Of a DNA stretch of 64,000 nucleotides, positions 37,905-46,376 are shown piece after piece. The notes beneath the pieces were generated by a model. That model was not told the origin of the DNA. It did no database searches and was given only the letters and a program-made list of their open reading frames with translations. A program made the position numbers and the translations under genes. The first letter of the stretch is position 1. Each line of letters opens with the position of its first letter. Origin of the DNA: Acidobacteriota bacterium (GTDB lineage Bacteria > Acidobacteriota > Vicinamibacteria > Vicinamibacterales > CAVVIG01); the NCBI GenBank assembly GCA_028876655.1, contig JAGWRA010000232.1, positions 639 to 64,638 of the forward strand. Direction: 5' to 3'.

Positions 37905-38400
37905 GCGCGGCCGGCTTCGCCGGCCCTTTTCCTTTCTTCGCGGCTGGTTTCCTCCGGCGGGCCCGCATCCGGGCGTTCAGTTCCTTCAGCGTCTCCCCTT
38001 CCCCGATCTCGAGCAGCGGCTGATCCGGCGCGCGCAGCAGGTTGAAGAACCGGCCGTCCCGCGTCCGGGCGTAGATCTCGCGTCCGTCGGTCAGCAGCGT
38101 GACGTCGCCGGCCCCGCTCGTCGCCTCGAACAGGCGGACGCCGAACTCCCGGCGCAGCGCCTCGATCAGGCGGCGGAGGCGTGCGACCGAGAAGCCGCGA
38201 TGGCGCAGGTCAGCGAGGACGGCGAGTTCGAGCAGGTCGACGGGCGAGTAGCGCCGCTCGGTGAAGCCGCCGGCTTCCGTGCGGCGCGGCGCCACCGCCG
38301 GCGCCATCACGCGATGGGCGTCCCACCACTGCAGCTGTCGGGCCGTCAGGCCGGTCAGCGCCGCCACTTCCCGCGAGCTGTACGTCTGCTTGAGGCGCAT
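37888..38400 (-). CDS. MerR-family transcriptional regulator
   Basis: N-terminal HTH YSSREVAALTGLTARQLQWWD...RRYS. Lys-rich C-terminal tail. Confidence 0.85.
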   Translation of the reverse strand: MRLKQTYSSREVAALTGLTARQLQWWDAHRVMAPAVAPRRTEAGGFTERRYSPVDLLELAVLADLRHRGFSVARLRRLIEALRREFGVRLFEATSGAGDVTLLTDGREIYARTRDGRFFNLLRAPDQPLLEIGEGETLKELNARMRARRRKPAAKKGKGPAKPAAQDRRP

Positions 38401-38407
38401 GCGGGCG

Positions 38408-38686
38408 TCAGGCGACCGCGTCGGCCATCTTCGCGCCGTCGAAGTCCCTGGCCGTCAGTCCGCCTTCACTGTGCGTGGAATAGCTGAGGGTGACACGCCG
38501 GTAGTTGATCAGGATGTCGGGGTGATGATCGGCCTGTTCCGCCCCGGGGACGAGGCGGTTGACGAACGCGACGGCGGCGGGAAAATCGGCGAACGTGAAC
38601 TGGCGCCGGATGGCCTGGCCGTCGCGGGTCCAGCCCGGCAGCGTCTTCAGCCGTTCGGTAATCTCCGGATCGGACAAGGTCGCCAT
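38408..38686 (-). CDS. 4a-hydroxytetrahydrobiopterin (pterin-4a-carbinolamine) dehydratase
   Basis: 92 aa. FADFPAAVAFVNRL...EQADHHPD matches the PCD signature ([DE]-x-x-x-H-H-P). ATG 38686. Confidence 0.9.
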   Translation of the reverse strand: MATLSDPEITERLKTLPGWTRDGQAIRRQFTFADFPAAVAFVNRLVPGAEQADHHPDILINYRRVTLSYSTHSEGGLTARDFDGAKMADAVA

Positions 38687-38720
38687 CGTCGAGCCTCTCC
38701 TCCGATGCGGCGCCCGCTGG

Positions 38721-39086
38721 TCACGCAGCCGGCTGCCGCCGCCGGATCTCTTCGAGGCGGACGCGCGCCGCCTCCATGTCCTGCAGCGCCTCACTCGCGA
38801 CTTCGGGACCGGGCCCGTCGCCGGGCGGCGCGAACGCCCCCGCCGCGACGGCGCGCTGGTACACCCGTTCAGCTTCCTGGAGCGCCACGAGCGCCGCCTC
38901 GTGCTCCTGCTGCCAGCCAAGCCAGGCGGCGCAGCGATCGAGCGCCGCCTCGGGCGTCTCCGCGCGGAAGACCGGACCGTGATTGTCGCGCCGGCCCTCG
39001 CGCCTCGCCTCCGCGATCCACTCCCGCCCCTCCTGGCGCGCGGTGATCGTAAAGGTGGCCCCGCCGGTCGACAGCGTCCGTTCCAT
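38721..39086 (-). CDS. Hypothetical protein (121 aa)
   Basis: ATG 39086 lies 14 nt after the ThiO-like stop on the same strand, with non-repetitive composition. No motif recognised. Confidence 0.5.
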   Translation of the reverse strand: MERTLSTGGATFTITARQEGREWIAEARREGRRDNHGPVFRAETPEAALDRCAAWLGWQQEHEAALVALQEAERVYQRAVAAGAFAPPGDGPGPEVASEALQDMEAARVRLEEIRRRQPAA

Positions 39087-39100
39087 GGCGTGATCCTGCC

Positions 39101-40219
39101 TCAGAGCGCCCCGAACCGGGCCGGGTTCATCTGCTCGAGTTCGGGTGCGGTCCGTCCCTCGAGGACCAGATCGGCCACCAGCGTCGCCGTGAGCGGCGCC
39201 AGCAGGATGCCGTTGCGATAGTGGCCCGTGGCGTACACGAGCCCCTCGAGGCGGGCCGAGCGGCCGACGATCGGCAGCTCGTCGGCCGTCGCCGGCCGCA
39301 GGCCGACGCGGACGCCGGCGAAGCCGGCCTGCCAGCCCTGCGGCACGAGCGCGCACGCGGCGCCCAGCAGATCGTGGACGCCGCTGGCGGTCGCCCGCTC
39401 GTCGAACCCGGCATCCTCCACCGTCGCCCCGACCAGCAGCGAGCCGTCGGTCCAGGGGACGAGATAGCACGACGGCCCCCAGACGACACGGCGGAGCGGC
39501 GCCCCCTTCCACTCCAGATAGAGCAGCTGACCGCGCACCGGCCGCACCGGGACCGCCGGCCCTTCGCCGGCGGCAATCCGCCCCGACCAGCTGCCGGCCG
39601 CCAGGACGACCTGTCGGGCCTTCACGACACCCTCGCCCGTGTCCAGGCGCACGCCCGATCCGTCGCGATCGATCCGCGTGACCTGGCACGACCGCCTGGT
39701 GTGGACGCCGCGCTCCGCCGCGGCTTCCCACAGCGCGAAGGTCAGTTCGGGCGCGTTGACGAAGCCGTGCGTCCGGACGAGCAGGCCGCCCGCCGTCTCC
39801 GGCGCCAGGTGGGGCTCGGCCTCGCGCACGGCGCGCGCATCGAGGAACTCGGCATCGACGCCGCGCGACGCGAGCAGGCCGGCATGCCGCTCGAGGGCGG
39901 CGGCGCCGTCGCCGTCGGCCGCGGTCTCGAGCGTGCCGGTGCGATAGTAGTGCGCGGGCCCGTGTCCGTCCCGGCGGAGCCGGTCGATGAACCCGTCGTA
40001 GAGGGCCAGGCCGCGGATCGACAGCTCCAGCAGCGGTGCCTTGTCGTGCCCCTCGATGTACGGGGCCAGCACGCCGGCCGACGCCTGCGTCGCGCCGAGG
40101 GCGACGTCGCGGCAATCGATCAGCTGCACGCGGGCGCCGCGGCGCGCCAGTTCCCAGGCCACCGCACAGCCGATGACGCCGGCGCCGATGACCGCGATAT
40201 CCGGTGATGACTCAGCCAC
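39101..40219 (-). CDS. thiO: FAD-dependent glycine oxidase-like oxidoreductase (ThiO/DAO family)
   Basis: Dinucleotide-binding IAVIGAGVIGCAVAWELARRG and a DAO-family C-terminus (GHYRNGILLAP). GTG start 40219 preceded by a GGAGAGGGGAG stretch. Confidence 0.8.
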   Translation of the reverse strand: MAESSPDIAVIGAGVIGCAVAWELARRGARVQLIDCRDVALGATQASAGVLAPYIEGHDKAPLLELSIRGLALYDGFIDRLRRDGHGPAHYYRTGTLETAADGDGAAALERHAGLLASRGVDAEFLDARAVREAEPHLAPETAGGLLVRTHGFVNAPELTFALWEAAAERGVHTRRSCQVTRIDRDGSGVRLDTGEGVVKARQVVLAAGSWSGRIAAGEGPAVPVRPVRGQLLYLEWKGAPLRRVVWGPSCYLVPWTDGSLLVGATVEDAGFDERATASGVHDLLGAACALVPQGWQAGFAGVRVGLRPATADELPIVGRSARLEGLVYATGHYRNGILLAPLTATLVADLVLEGRTAPELEQMNPARFGAL

Positions 40220-40298
40220 GTCGCGTCCCCGTTCTCCCCTCTCCGCTTCATTATGCGTCGAAAGGCGGAGCCGCGGCAGGGACGCGCCGGGCGGGCGA

Positions 40299-40841
40299 TC
40301 AGCGCCAGCCTTCGCGCGCGGCGACGCTCCGGATGTGCGCCAGGTGATGGCGGCCGTGCCAGGCGTACAGCGCGGCCGTGACGTCGAGCCGGATCGGCCC
40401 GTGCTGCGGATGGACGAACTCGCGCGCCCAGTGCTCGTCGGTCATCATCCGCAGCAGCGGCACCCAGCGCCGGTGGATGGCATCCAGCAGGTCGAGGGAC
40501 GCGCCCACGGGAGTGACGCGATAGTCGCCGAGCGCCGCCCACGCATCTTCGGCGTAGGTCTTGATCGTCGGCCGGTCCTCGGTGAGCGCCCACTTGAACC
40601 GCAGGAAGCTGTTCATGTGGCTCTCCGGCACATGATGGAGGACGTCGCGGACCGTCCAGCCGCCGGGGCGGTACGGCGTGTCCAGTTGCGGATCCGACAG
40701 TCCATCGACGGCGCTCCGGAACCGCGACGGCAGTCCCGCAATCTCCTCGATCGCCTTCGCGCGGTCGGCCGCGCTCACCTGCGCCGGGCGCTGGAACCGT
40801 CCGATCGGGTACTTCAGTGTCTCGAGATCCGATGTGCCCAT
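40299..40841 (-). CDS. DinB_2 / YfiT-like metal-dependent (thiol-transferase-like) protein
   Basis: YPIGRF...GGWTVRDVLHHVPESHMN...WHGRHHLAHI matches the YfiT/BstA-type His triad. ATG 40841. Confidence 0.85.
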   Translation of the reverse strand: MGTSDLETLKYPIGRFQRPAQVSAADRAKAIEEIAGLPSRFRSAVDGLSDPQLDTPYRPGGWTVRDVLHHVPESHMNSFLRFKWALTEDRPTIKTYAEDAWAALGDYRVTPVGASLDLLDAIHRRWVPLLRMMTDEHWAREFVHPQHGPIRLDVTAALYAWHGRHHLAHIRSVAAREGWR

Positions 40842-40844
40842 ACG

Positions 40845-40873
40845 CCCCCCAATCCCTAACCCCCAATCCCGAT
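40845..40873 (-). repeat. Tandem heptamer array H6 (reverse complement of the GGGATTG type, ~4 units)
   Basis: CCCCCCAATCCCTAACCCCCAATCCCGATC. Supplies the last codons (EIGIGG) and stop of the methyltransferase gene 40856-41545. Confidence 0.75.
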
Positions 40874-41545
40874 CTCCGTCCCGCCCCTCTTCCGAAGCAC
40901 CCACGTCGTCATGCACCGTTGATTCTGCACGATCGTGGTCTTCAGGGGATCCAGCCACTCGCCGCCGAGCCGGTCCGTCGCCGCCCTCAGCGCCGCCTCG
41001 TCCACGAGATAACGCTCGGACCCATCGGGCAGCCGGTGCCGCCCGCCGCCGAGCGGCTGCACGCGCGATTCCATGCCGATGGACGAGGCGAGGCGGCAGA
41101 AGAACAGGCCGCCTGGACGCAGGACGCGCCATGATCCGTCCAGCATCGCCTGGAAGTGGGCATGGTCACGCGCGAAGTGGAGGACGGCGCTGCTGATGAC
41201 CACGTCGGCGGATGCGTCTGCAAAGCTCATCGCCTCGATCGGCTCCACGCGGAAGCGATCGGCCGGCAGGCCCGGCGCCAGCCGCGCCGCCAGCGCCCGG
41301 ACGGCGCGGATCGCCTCCGGATTCCCGTCGACGCCGCGCACGTCGTAGCCTTCGCTCAGCAGGTACTCGAGATTGCGTCCGCCGCCGCAGCCCGCGTCGA
41401 GGATCTGCATGGGTGGCGCGATCCGGCCGCGCAGGAGCTGGTCGAGCAGGTAGATGTCGATGCGGCCGAGGGCGACGAGGGACAGATTACGCCCCTTCCC
41501 GGTGCACGGTGTCGGGCGAGAAGGCGGGCAGACAGACGGCGACAT
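40856..41545 (-). CDS. Class I SAM-dependent methyltransferase
   Basis: Motif I ILDAGCGGGRN, post-I DVRGVDGNP, VISSAVLHF. The only canonical start (ATG 41545) overlaps the upstream cupin gene by 59 nt, so the true start is uncertain. Confidence 0.78.
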   Translation of the reverse strand: MSPSVCPPSRPTPCTGKGRNLSLVALGRIDIYLLDQLLRGRIAPPMQILDAGCGGGRNLEYLLSEGYDVRGVDGNPEAIRAVRALAARLAPGLPADRFRVEPIEAMSFADASADVVISSAVLHFARDHAHFQAMLDGSWRVLRPGGLFFCRLASSIGMESRVQPLGGGRHRLPDGSERYLVDEAALRAATDRLGGEWLDPLKTTIVQNQRCMTTWVLRKRGGTEIGIGG

Positions 41546-41852
41546 AGTGCGCGCCGTCCGGCCCGGGCGTGCTGTAGCGGACCCATTCGCCCGCCGGCGC
41601 GTGCACGGCCTGGCCGGCGTGCACGTCGATCGTCCCCTGCTTCGTCTCGACGCGGAGCAGCCCCGCCAGGACGAGCGTGAACTCGTCGAACGCCGGCGTC
41701 TGGGCCGGCTCCTCCCAGCCCGGCGGGCTCGTCATGCGGGCCACGCTGACCCCGGCCGTCGCGCTGTTCACCCGCCCGACGAATTCCTCGATCCGCTTCG
41801 GCTTGTTCCCGGCCGACTGGATCACCGTCGGCCGCTCGATCAATCTGGCCAT
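41487..41852 (-). CDS. Cupin-domain protein
   Basis: 121 aa with a beta-barrel pattern (GVSVARMTSPPGW...DEFTLVLAGLLRVE...VHAPAGEWVRY). Confidence 0.72.
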   Translation of the reverse strand: MARLIERPTVIQSAGNKPKRIEEFVGRVNSATAGVSVARMTSPPGWEEPAQTPAFDEFTLVLAGLLRVETKQGTIDVHAGQAVHAPAGEWVRYSTPGPDGAHYVAVCLPAFSPDTVHREGA

Positions 41853-41880
41853 CGTTCCTCGTGGACGGCACCGGCCGCCG

Positions 41881-42432
41881 TCAGCCCTCGCCGGGTCCGT
41901 CGGCTTCGATCTCCACGCCGAGGCCGCTGGCGATCCGGTTCACGAACGCGAAGTAGGCCACCACGGCGCCGGCGTCGTGAATCGCCAGGTCGTCGAGGCC
42001 CGCCTCGCGCAGGGCGTCGATGTCGGCGGCGTTGACGGCCGCCGGCGTCCGCGTCAGCTTGTCCGCGTAGCGCAGCAGCGCCTGCTCCCGCGGCGTCACG
42101 TCGATCCAGCCGACCGGCGCCTCGAGCAGGGCGGTGACGAGCCGGTCCTGCGCCTCGGCGGCCACGCCGTCGGCCGTGAGCATCCTACGGAGACCCGCTC
42201 CGTGATGACGGATTCAATAGTGGCAGCCGTTCAGCCCGGACACGCGCACGGCGATCAGCTCGCGCTCGCGGCGCGTCAGCGGCCCGGGCTGGTGCATCAG
42301 CTCGCGATACAGTCCGTGGTGGCCGCGCATCACGGCGGGGTGCACGGAGTGGATCTGGATGATGTGGTCGGGATCGTCCACACGCTCGGCCGGCGCGAGC
42401 GCGTCGGGAGACACGTACCGGATGAACGCCAT
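41881..42432 (-). CDS. AhpD/carboxymuconolactone-decarboxylase-family peroxidase-related protein with in-frame TGA (42214-42216): candidate selenoprotein (CxxU), otherwise a pseudogene
   Basis: ORFs 42214..42522 and 41881..42183 are in the same frame. Read-through gives ...VSGLNGCHY[TGA]IRHHGAG..., i.e. the family motif NGCxYCxxxH with TGA at the second Cys. ATG 42432 is preceded by GGAGG. A hairpin follows the TGA. Confidence 0.6.
42182..42213 (-). other. SECIS-like stem-loop immediately 3' of the in-frame UGA
   Basis: mRNA sequence is UGA AUCC GUCAUC ACGGAG CGGGU CUCCGU A GGAU. Lower stem AUCC/GGAU, 6-bp upper stem ACGGAG/CUCCGU, apical loop CGGGU starting 17 nt after the UGA. Confidence 0.45.
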
Positions 42433-42593
42433 CCTCCAACGCCTCCTCACGGCCCCCGCGCGCCGGCTCCAGCCGTGGCTGGCGGCCCGCGGGTGCCCCT
42501 GACGGTCTTGCAGGTCGTTCAAAGACGCCGCCGATGTCCGAGTGTTCGAGGGGATTGTTCACCAGCGGGCGTTGAAGCGCAAGTGCCGTGCGT

Positions 42594-43019
42594 CTACAGG
42601 AGGCGGAGGCTGACCCAGAGCGCGCCGAGCTGGAGGAAGCCGAACGCCCAGAAGGCGCCGAGCCGCGACACGATGGTGGCGGTCGATCGCCACAGCGCGG
42701 CAGCAGCCAGCGCCGCCACCGCGGCGAGCCCGATGGCGCCCATCAGCATCAGGTGGATCGTCGAGCGGGGTCCCCCGAGCGGCGCCACCAGCCCGAGTTC
42801 GGCGAGGCCGGTGACGGCCGTCATCACCAGCCAGAACACGGCCACCGGCATGGCCGCCCACGACGCCCACGGACGCCGTCGGACCGTGGCCGCCAGCGCG
42901 AGCAGGGCGGGAACCGTCTGCACCAGATGGCGGCCGGAGGTGCCGGTGGTGACGCCGAGGATCAGCGAGAGGACGACGAGGACGGCGAGGGCCCCGGCGA
43001 GCCGGCGATCGATGACCAT
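42594..43019 (-). CDS. Hypothetical integral membrane protein (~4 TM)
   Basis: 141 aa, almost entirely hydrophobic helices. No motif recognised. Confidence 0.55.
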   Translation of the reverse strand: MVIDRRLAGALAVLVVLSLILGVTTGTSGRHLVQTVPALLALAATVRRRPWASWAAMPVAVFWLVMTAVTGLAELGLVAPLGGPRSTIHLMLMGAIGLAAVAALAAAALWRSTATIVSRLGAFWAFGFLQLGALWVSLRLL

Positions 43020-43073
43020 CGACTCCAGCTTACCCGATGCGCCGGCTCCGGCGCCCGCCTGCGCCGCGTGGTG

Positions 43074-43853
43074 TCAGACACGGATGACGCCGCGCAGGTA
43101 CTCGACGCACCGGCCGGCCAGCTTGATCCGGTCGCCGAGGTCCTCGCAGAACAGCTCGCCGCCCCGCTGCGACACCTGGCGCGCGTGCAGCTCGGTCTTC
43201 CCCAGCCGCTCGCTCCAGTACGGCACGAGCGTGCAGTGGGCCGAGCCGGTGACGGGATCCTCGGGGATGCCCGCGCGTGGCGCGAAGAACCGCGAGACGA
43301 AATCGCACTCGTCGCCGGGCGCCGTGACGATGAAGCCGAACGCATCGAGCCGCGCCAGCCCGGCGATGTCCGGGCGCAGGGCCCGCACCTCGGCTTCGCT
43401 CGACAGGACGGCCATCAGGTCGCGCGCCCGGTACACCTCGAGCGGCGCCGTCCCGAGGGCCGCCACGAGCGCGGGCTCCCGCCGGATCGGCTCGGCCGGC
43501 CGCGACGGGAACTCCATGGCAAGCTGGTCGCCCGCCTGCTGGACGACGATCGTCCCCCCCTTGTAGCGGAAGATGATGTGCGCGTTGGAGGTCCGCTTCT
43601 CGCTGAAGAGCACGTGCGCGCTGGCCAGTGTGGCGTGCCCGCAGAGATCCACTTCCACTTCCGGCGTGAACCACCGGATGTGGAACTCGGGCCCGCGGGG
43701 GAGGACGAACGCCGTCTCGGCGAGGTTGTTCTCCTGGGCGATGGCCAGCATGACGTCGGGCGCCAGCCACTCCGTGAGGACGACGACCGCGGCAGGGTTG
43801 CCCGTGAACAGCTGGTCGGTGAAGGCGTCGATCTGGTAAATCGGAAGCTCCAT
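43074..43853 (-). CDS. PhzF-family isomerase
   Basis: IYQIDAFTDQLFTGNPAAVV...NLAETAFV...CGHATLA are the PhzF family hallmarks. Confidence 0.9.
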   Translation of the reverse strand: MELPIYQIDAFTDQLFTGNPAAVVVLTEWLAPDVMLAIAQENNLAETAFVLPRGPEFHIRWFTPEVEVDLCGHATLASAHVLFSEKRTSNAHIIFRYKGGTIVVQQAGDQLAMEFPSRPAEPIRREPALVAALGTAPLEVYRARDLMAVLSSEAEVRALRPDIAGLARLDAFGFIVTAPGDECDFVSRFFAPRAGIPEDPVTGSAHCTLVPYWSERLGKTELHARQVSQRGGELFCEDLGDRIKLAGRCVEYLRGVIRV

Positions 43854-44008
43854 GTCCGTGCAGTACGTCCGCCGCCGGTGCGACGTTTACCGTCGGCGGC
43901 TCGGGCGAGCCGCGCCGATCTCAGCCGTTTCCGGATGTCCGGCACGCATGGTGGCACCGGCGCCTTCGCGCAGCCGGCCTCCGGCCCGCGACCGACCGGG
44001 GCGCCGCA

Positions 44009-44380
44009 CTAGCGGATGACGCGACGCCGCCGCAGGGCCGCCCGCAACGCCTCGACACGGCGCCGGTTCACGCCGAGATCCCAGCGGCCCAGCCGTGCAG
44101 CCGACCGGACGGCAACCAGACCGTCGGCAGGCCGCACCTGCAGTTCGAGGTCGTCGACGAACCGGAAGACCGCACTGCGGCACTCGGCGTGCAGCCGGCT
44201 CTCCGTGTGCTCCACGATCCGCGTCCGGGGCAGCGCCGCCACCACGGTCCGGATCACCCGCCAGGCCTCGTCTGGCGGCACGGTGAGCCTGAACGGATCG
44301 ATCGCGTGCGGCGCGTCCGTCGCGTCGCTCGACACGCAGTTCGGGGTAGCCGGACATGGAGGCAGATGTGCAGGTGCCAT
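44009..44380 (-). CDS. DUF1499-family protein
   Basis: PNCVSS motif near the N-terminus and RLGRWDLGVNRRRVE near the C-terminus. Confidence 0.78.
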   Translation of the reverse strand: MAPAHLPPCPATPNCVSSDATDAPHAIDPFRLTVPPDEAWRVIRTVVAALPRTRIVEHTESRLHAECRSAVFRFVDDLELQVRPADGLVAVRSAARLGRWDLGVNRRRVEALRAALRRRRVIR

Positions 44381-44486
44381 CGCTGGCGGACGAGCCCGGC
44401 GCGGGCGCGGATCGTCATGTGATTATAGCCAGCCTGCCTTCCCCATTGTGCCGCCCGGGCCGGCTGCCGTAGCATTAGCGACCATC

Positions 44487-46067
44487 ATGCGACTGTTCAC
44501 CGTCCCCCTGGCCCTTGCCGCCCTGCTCGCCGTTGGTTTCGCGATGGCCTGCAGCGCGCCCACGGCGCAAACCGAGCCCCCGTTTCATGTGGAGGAAGCG
44601 ACCATCGCGCAGATTCACGCGGCCATGAAGGCCGGCCGCCTGACCTGCCACAGCCTGGTCGAGGACTACCTCCGCCGGATCGAGGCGTACGACAAGAACG
44701 GCCCGAGACTCAACGCGATCATCCTCGTGAATCCCGACGCGCTGAAGGAGGCCGACGAGCTCGACCGCCGCTTCAAGGCCGGCGGGTTCGTCGGGCCGCT
44801 TCACTGCGTGCCGATGATCGTGAAGGACAACTACCAGACGGCGGGGCTGCAGACGACGGCCGGCTCGCTGTCGCTGAAGGGGTTCATCCCCGGGAAGGAC
44901 GCGTTCCTGGTCGCGCGCGTCAAGGCAGCCGGCGCGATCGTGCTGGCGAAGTCGAACATGGACGAGTTCGCCTTCAGCCCGTACGAGACGGTCAGCTCGA
45001 TCCTGCCGGGCTACACGCACAATCCGTACGACACCTATCGCGTCACCGCAGGATCGAGTGGCGGCACGGCGGCGGCCATTGCGGCGAGCTTCGGCACCGT
45101 CGGCTTCGGCACCGACACGGGGAACTCGATCCGCGGCCCCTCGTCGCACCAGGCCCTGGTCGGCATCCGCTCGACGATGGGGCTGACGAGCCGGGCCGGA
45201 ATCGTGCCGCTGAACCTGCAGGCCGACATTGCCGGCCCGATGGCGCGCACGGTCGAGGACGCGGTCGCCGTGTTCCAGGTGATCGCGGGCGGGGATCCCG
45301 ACGATCCCGCGACGAAGGCGGCGGCGGGACACCCGATTCCCGACTACTCGAAGTCGCTCGTGCGCGACGGCCTGAAGGGCGCGCGCATCGGCGTGCTCCG
45401 GCAGGCGTGGAAGGCCGACACCGCCGATCCCGAAGTGATGCAGGTGTTCCAGCGCGCGCTCGACGACATGCAGCGCGCCGGCGCGGTGATCGTCGATCCG
45501 GCGACGGTCGAGGGGCTCGAGGCCATCAAGGAGCCCGACCGCCGGCTGGGGCCGTGCATGGGCTTCAAGTACGACATCAACCGGTACCTCGCGGCGCAGG
45601 GCGACCGCGTGCCGGTCCACACGCTCGCCGAGATCATCAAGTCGCGGAAGTTCCATCCGTCGATCGAGCTGCGGCTCGAGCGGGCGGAGGCGGGCCCCGA
45701 GAACGGCCCCGACTCGCCGGCGTGCCAGGCGGAAGCCGCCTACCGTCAGCAGGTGCGCGACGCCGTGCTGAAGACGATGGCCGACCTGAAGCTGGACGCC
45801 TTCGTCTACCCGACGTGGAGCAACGTGCCGCGGCTCATCGGCGACCTGAACACGCCGGCCGGCGACAACAGCCAGTTCTTCTCGCCGACCACCGGCTTCC
45901 CGGCCATCAACGTGCCGATGGGGTATACGCGTGGCGGGCGGCTGCCGGCGGGAATGACGATCTACGGCCGGCCGTGGGACGAAGCGACGCTGATCAAGCT
46001 GGCGTACTCGTACGAGCAGCACACCCACTGGCGCCGGCCGCCGTCGTCGACGCCGCCGTTGCACTAG
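44487..46067 (+). CDS. Amidase (amidase-signature family), secreted or lipoprotein-like
   Basis: Signal MRLFTVPLALAALLAVGFAMACS. AS signature GGSSGG-like (AGSSGGTAAAIAA) with GTDTGNSIRGPS. Confidence 0.9.
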   Translation: MRLFTVPLALAALLAVGFAMACSAPTAQTEPPFHVEEATIAQIHAAMKAGRLTCHSLVEDYLRRIEAYDKNGPRLNAIILVNPDALKEADELDRRFKAGGFVGPLHCVPMIVKDNYQTAGLQTTAGSLSLKGFIPGKDAFLVARVKAAGAIVLAKSNMDEFAFSPYETVSSILPGYTHNPYDTYRVTAGSSGGTAAAIAASFGTVGFGTDTGNSIRGPSSHQALVGIRSTMGLTSRAGIVPLNLQADIAGPMARTVEDAVAVFQVIAGGDPDDPATKAAAGHPIPDYSKSLVRDGLKGARIGVLRQAWKADTADPEVMQVFQRALDDMQRAGAVIVDPATVEGLEAIKEPDRRLGPCMGFKYDINRYLAAQGDRVPVHTLAEIIKSRKFHPSIELRLERAEAGPENGPDSPACQAEAAYRQQVRDAVLKTMADLKLDAFVYPTWSNVPRLIGDLNTPAGDNSQFFSPTTGFPAINVPMGYTRGGRLPAGMTIYGRPWDEATLIKLAYSYEQHTHWRRPPSSTPPLH

Positions 46068-46070
46068 GCG

Positions 46071-46215
46071 CCAGGGGCGGCCATTCCGCGGGGCAGGTCT
46101 GCTTCAGGCCACCCCTACGAGAGAGGTGACAGCGGAGGGGCCGTGAGGCGCCGTCGAGGAGGCGATTTCGCAGGGGCCGCCTGAGGCGCGATCAAGCCGG
46201 AATGGCGGCCCCTGG
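46071..46215. repeat. Inverted-repeat-bounded ~145-nt intergenic element (MITE-like or structured RNA)
   Basis: CCAGGGGCGGCCATTCCG (46071-46088) is the near-exact reverse complement of CCGGAATGGCGGCCCCTGG (46197-46215). Internal direct repeats of AGGGGCCG(CC)TGAGGCGC at 46134-46152 and 46170-46190. Confidence 0.35.
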
Positions 46216-46376
46216 AGACAATCGGTAACTGGCCCCTCTGAGGCCGTCGTGGATCTGTCGAGACGACGATATTCCTGCGCCGCGCTCTTCGCGCGATCGC
46301 AACGGCCAGCTTCGAACGCTTTTCTCCGCCACGGGTCCACTCGACGGGTGCCGTGTCACGATCGGCTCCGCCGCCG

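Noticed and set aside
36365-40219. Calling a complete bacterial microcompartment (metabolosome) locus.
   Set aside because: Only one BMC-H gene is present. There is no pentamer, tandem-domain shell protein, aldehyde dehydrogenase, PTAC or encapsulation peptide that I can see. It is reported only as an orphan shell gene with an interesting neighbour.
40220-40298. A TPP riboswitch upstream of the ThiO-like gene.
   Set aside because: The 79-nt leader lacks the conserved CUGAGA and ACCUGAUCUGGAUAAUGCCAGCG-type elements and is too short. Only a weak CATAAT -10-like hexamer (40250-40255, minus strand) is visible.
41881-42522. Annotating 42214-42522 and 41881-42183 as two independent small genes.
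   Set aside because: They share one frame and together form a single AhpD-like domain split exactly in its catalytic motif by one TGA. Read-through (Sec) or a pseudogene are the only sensible readings. Sec is favoured because of the downstream hairpin, but it is not proven.
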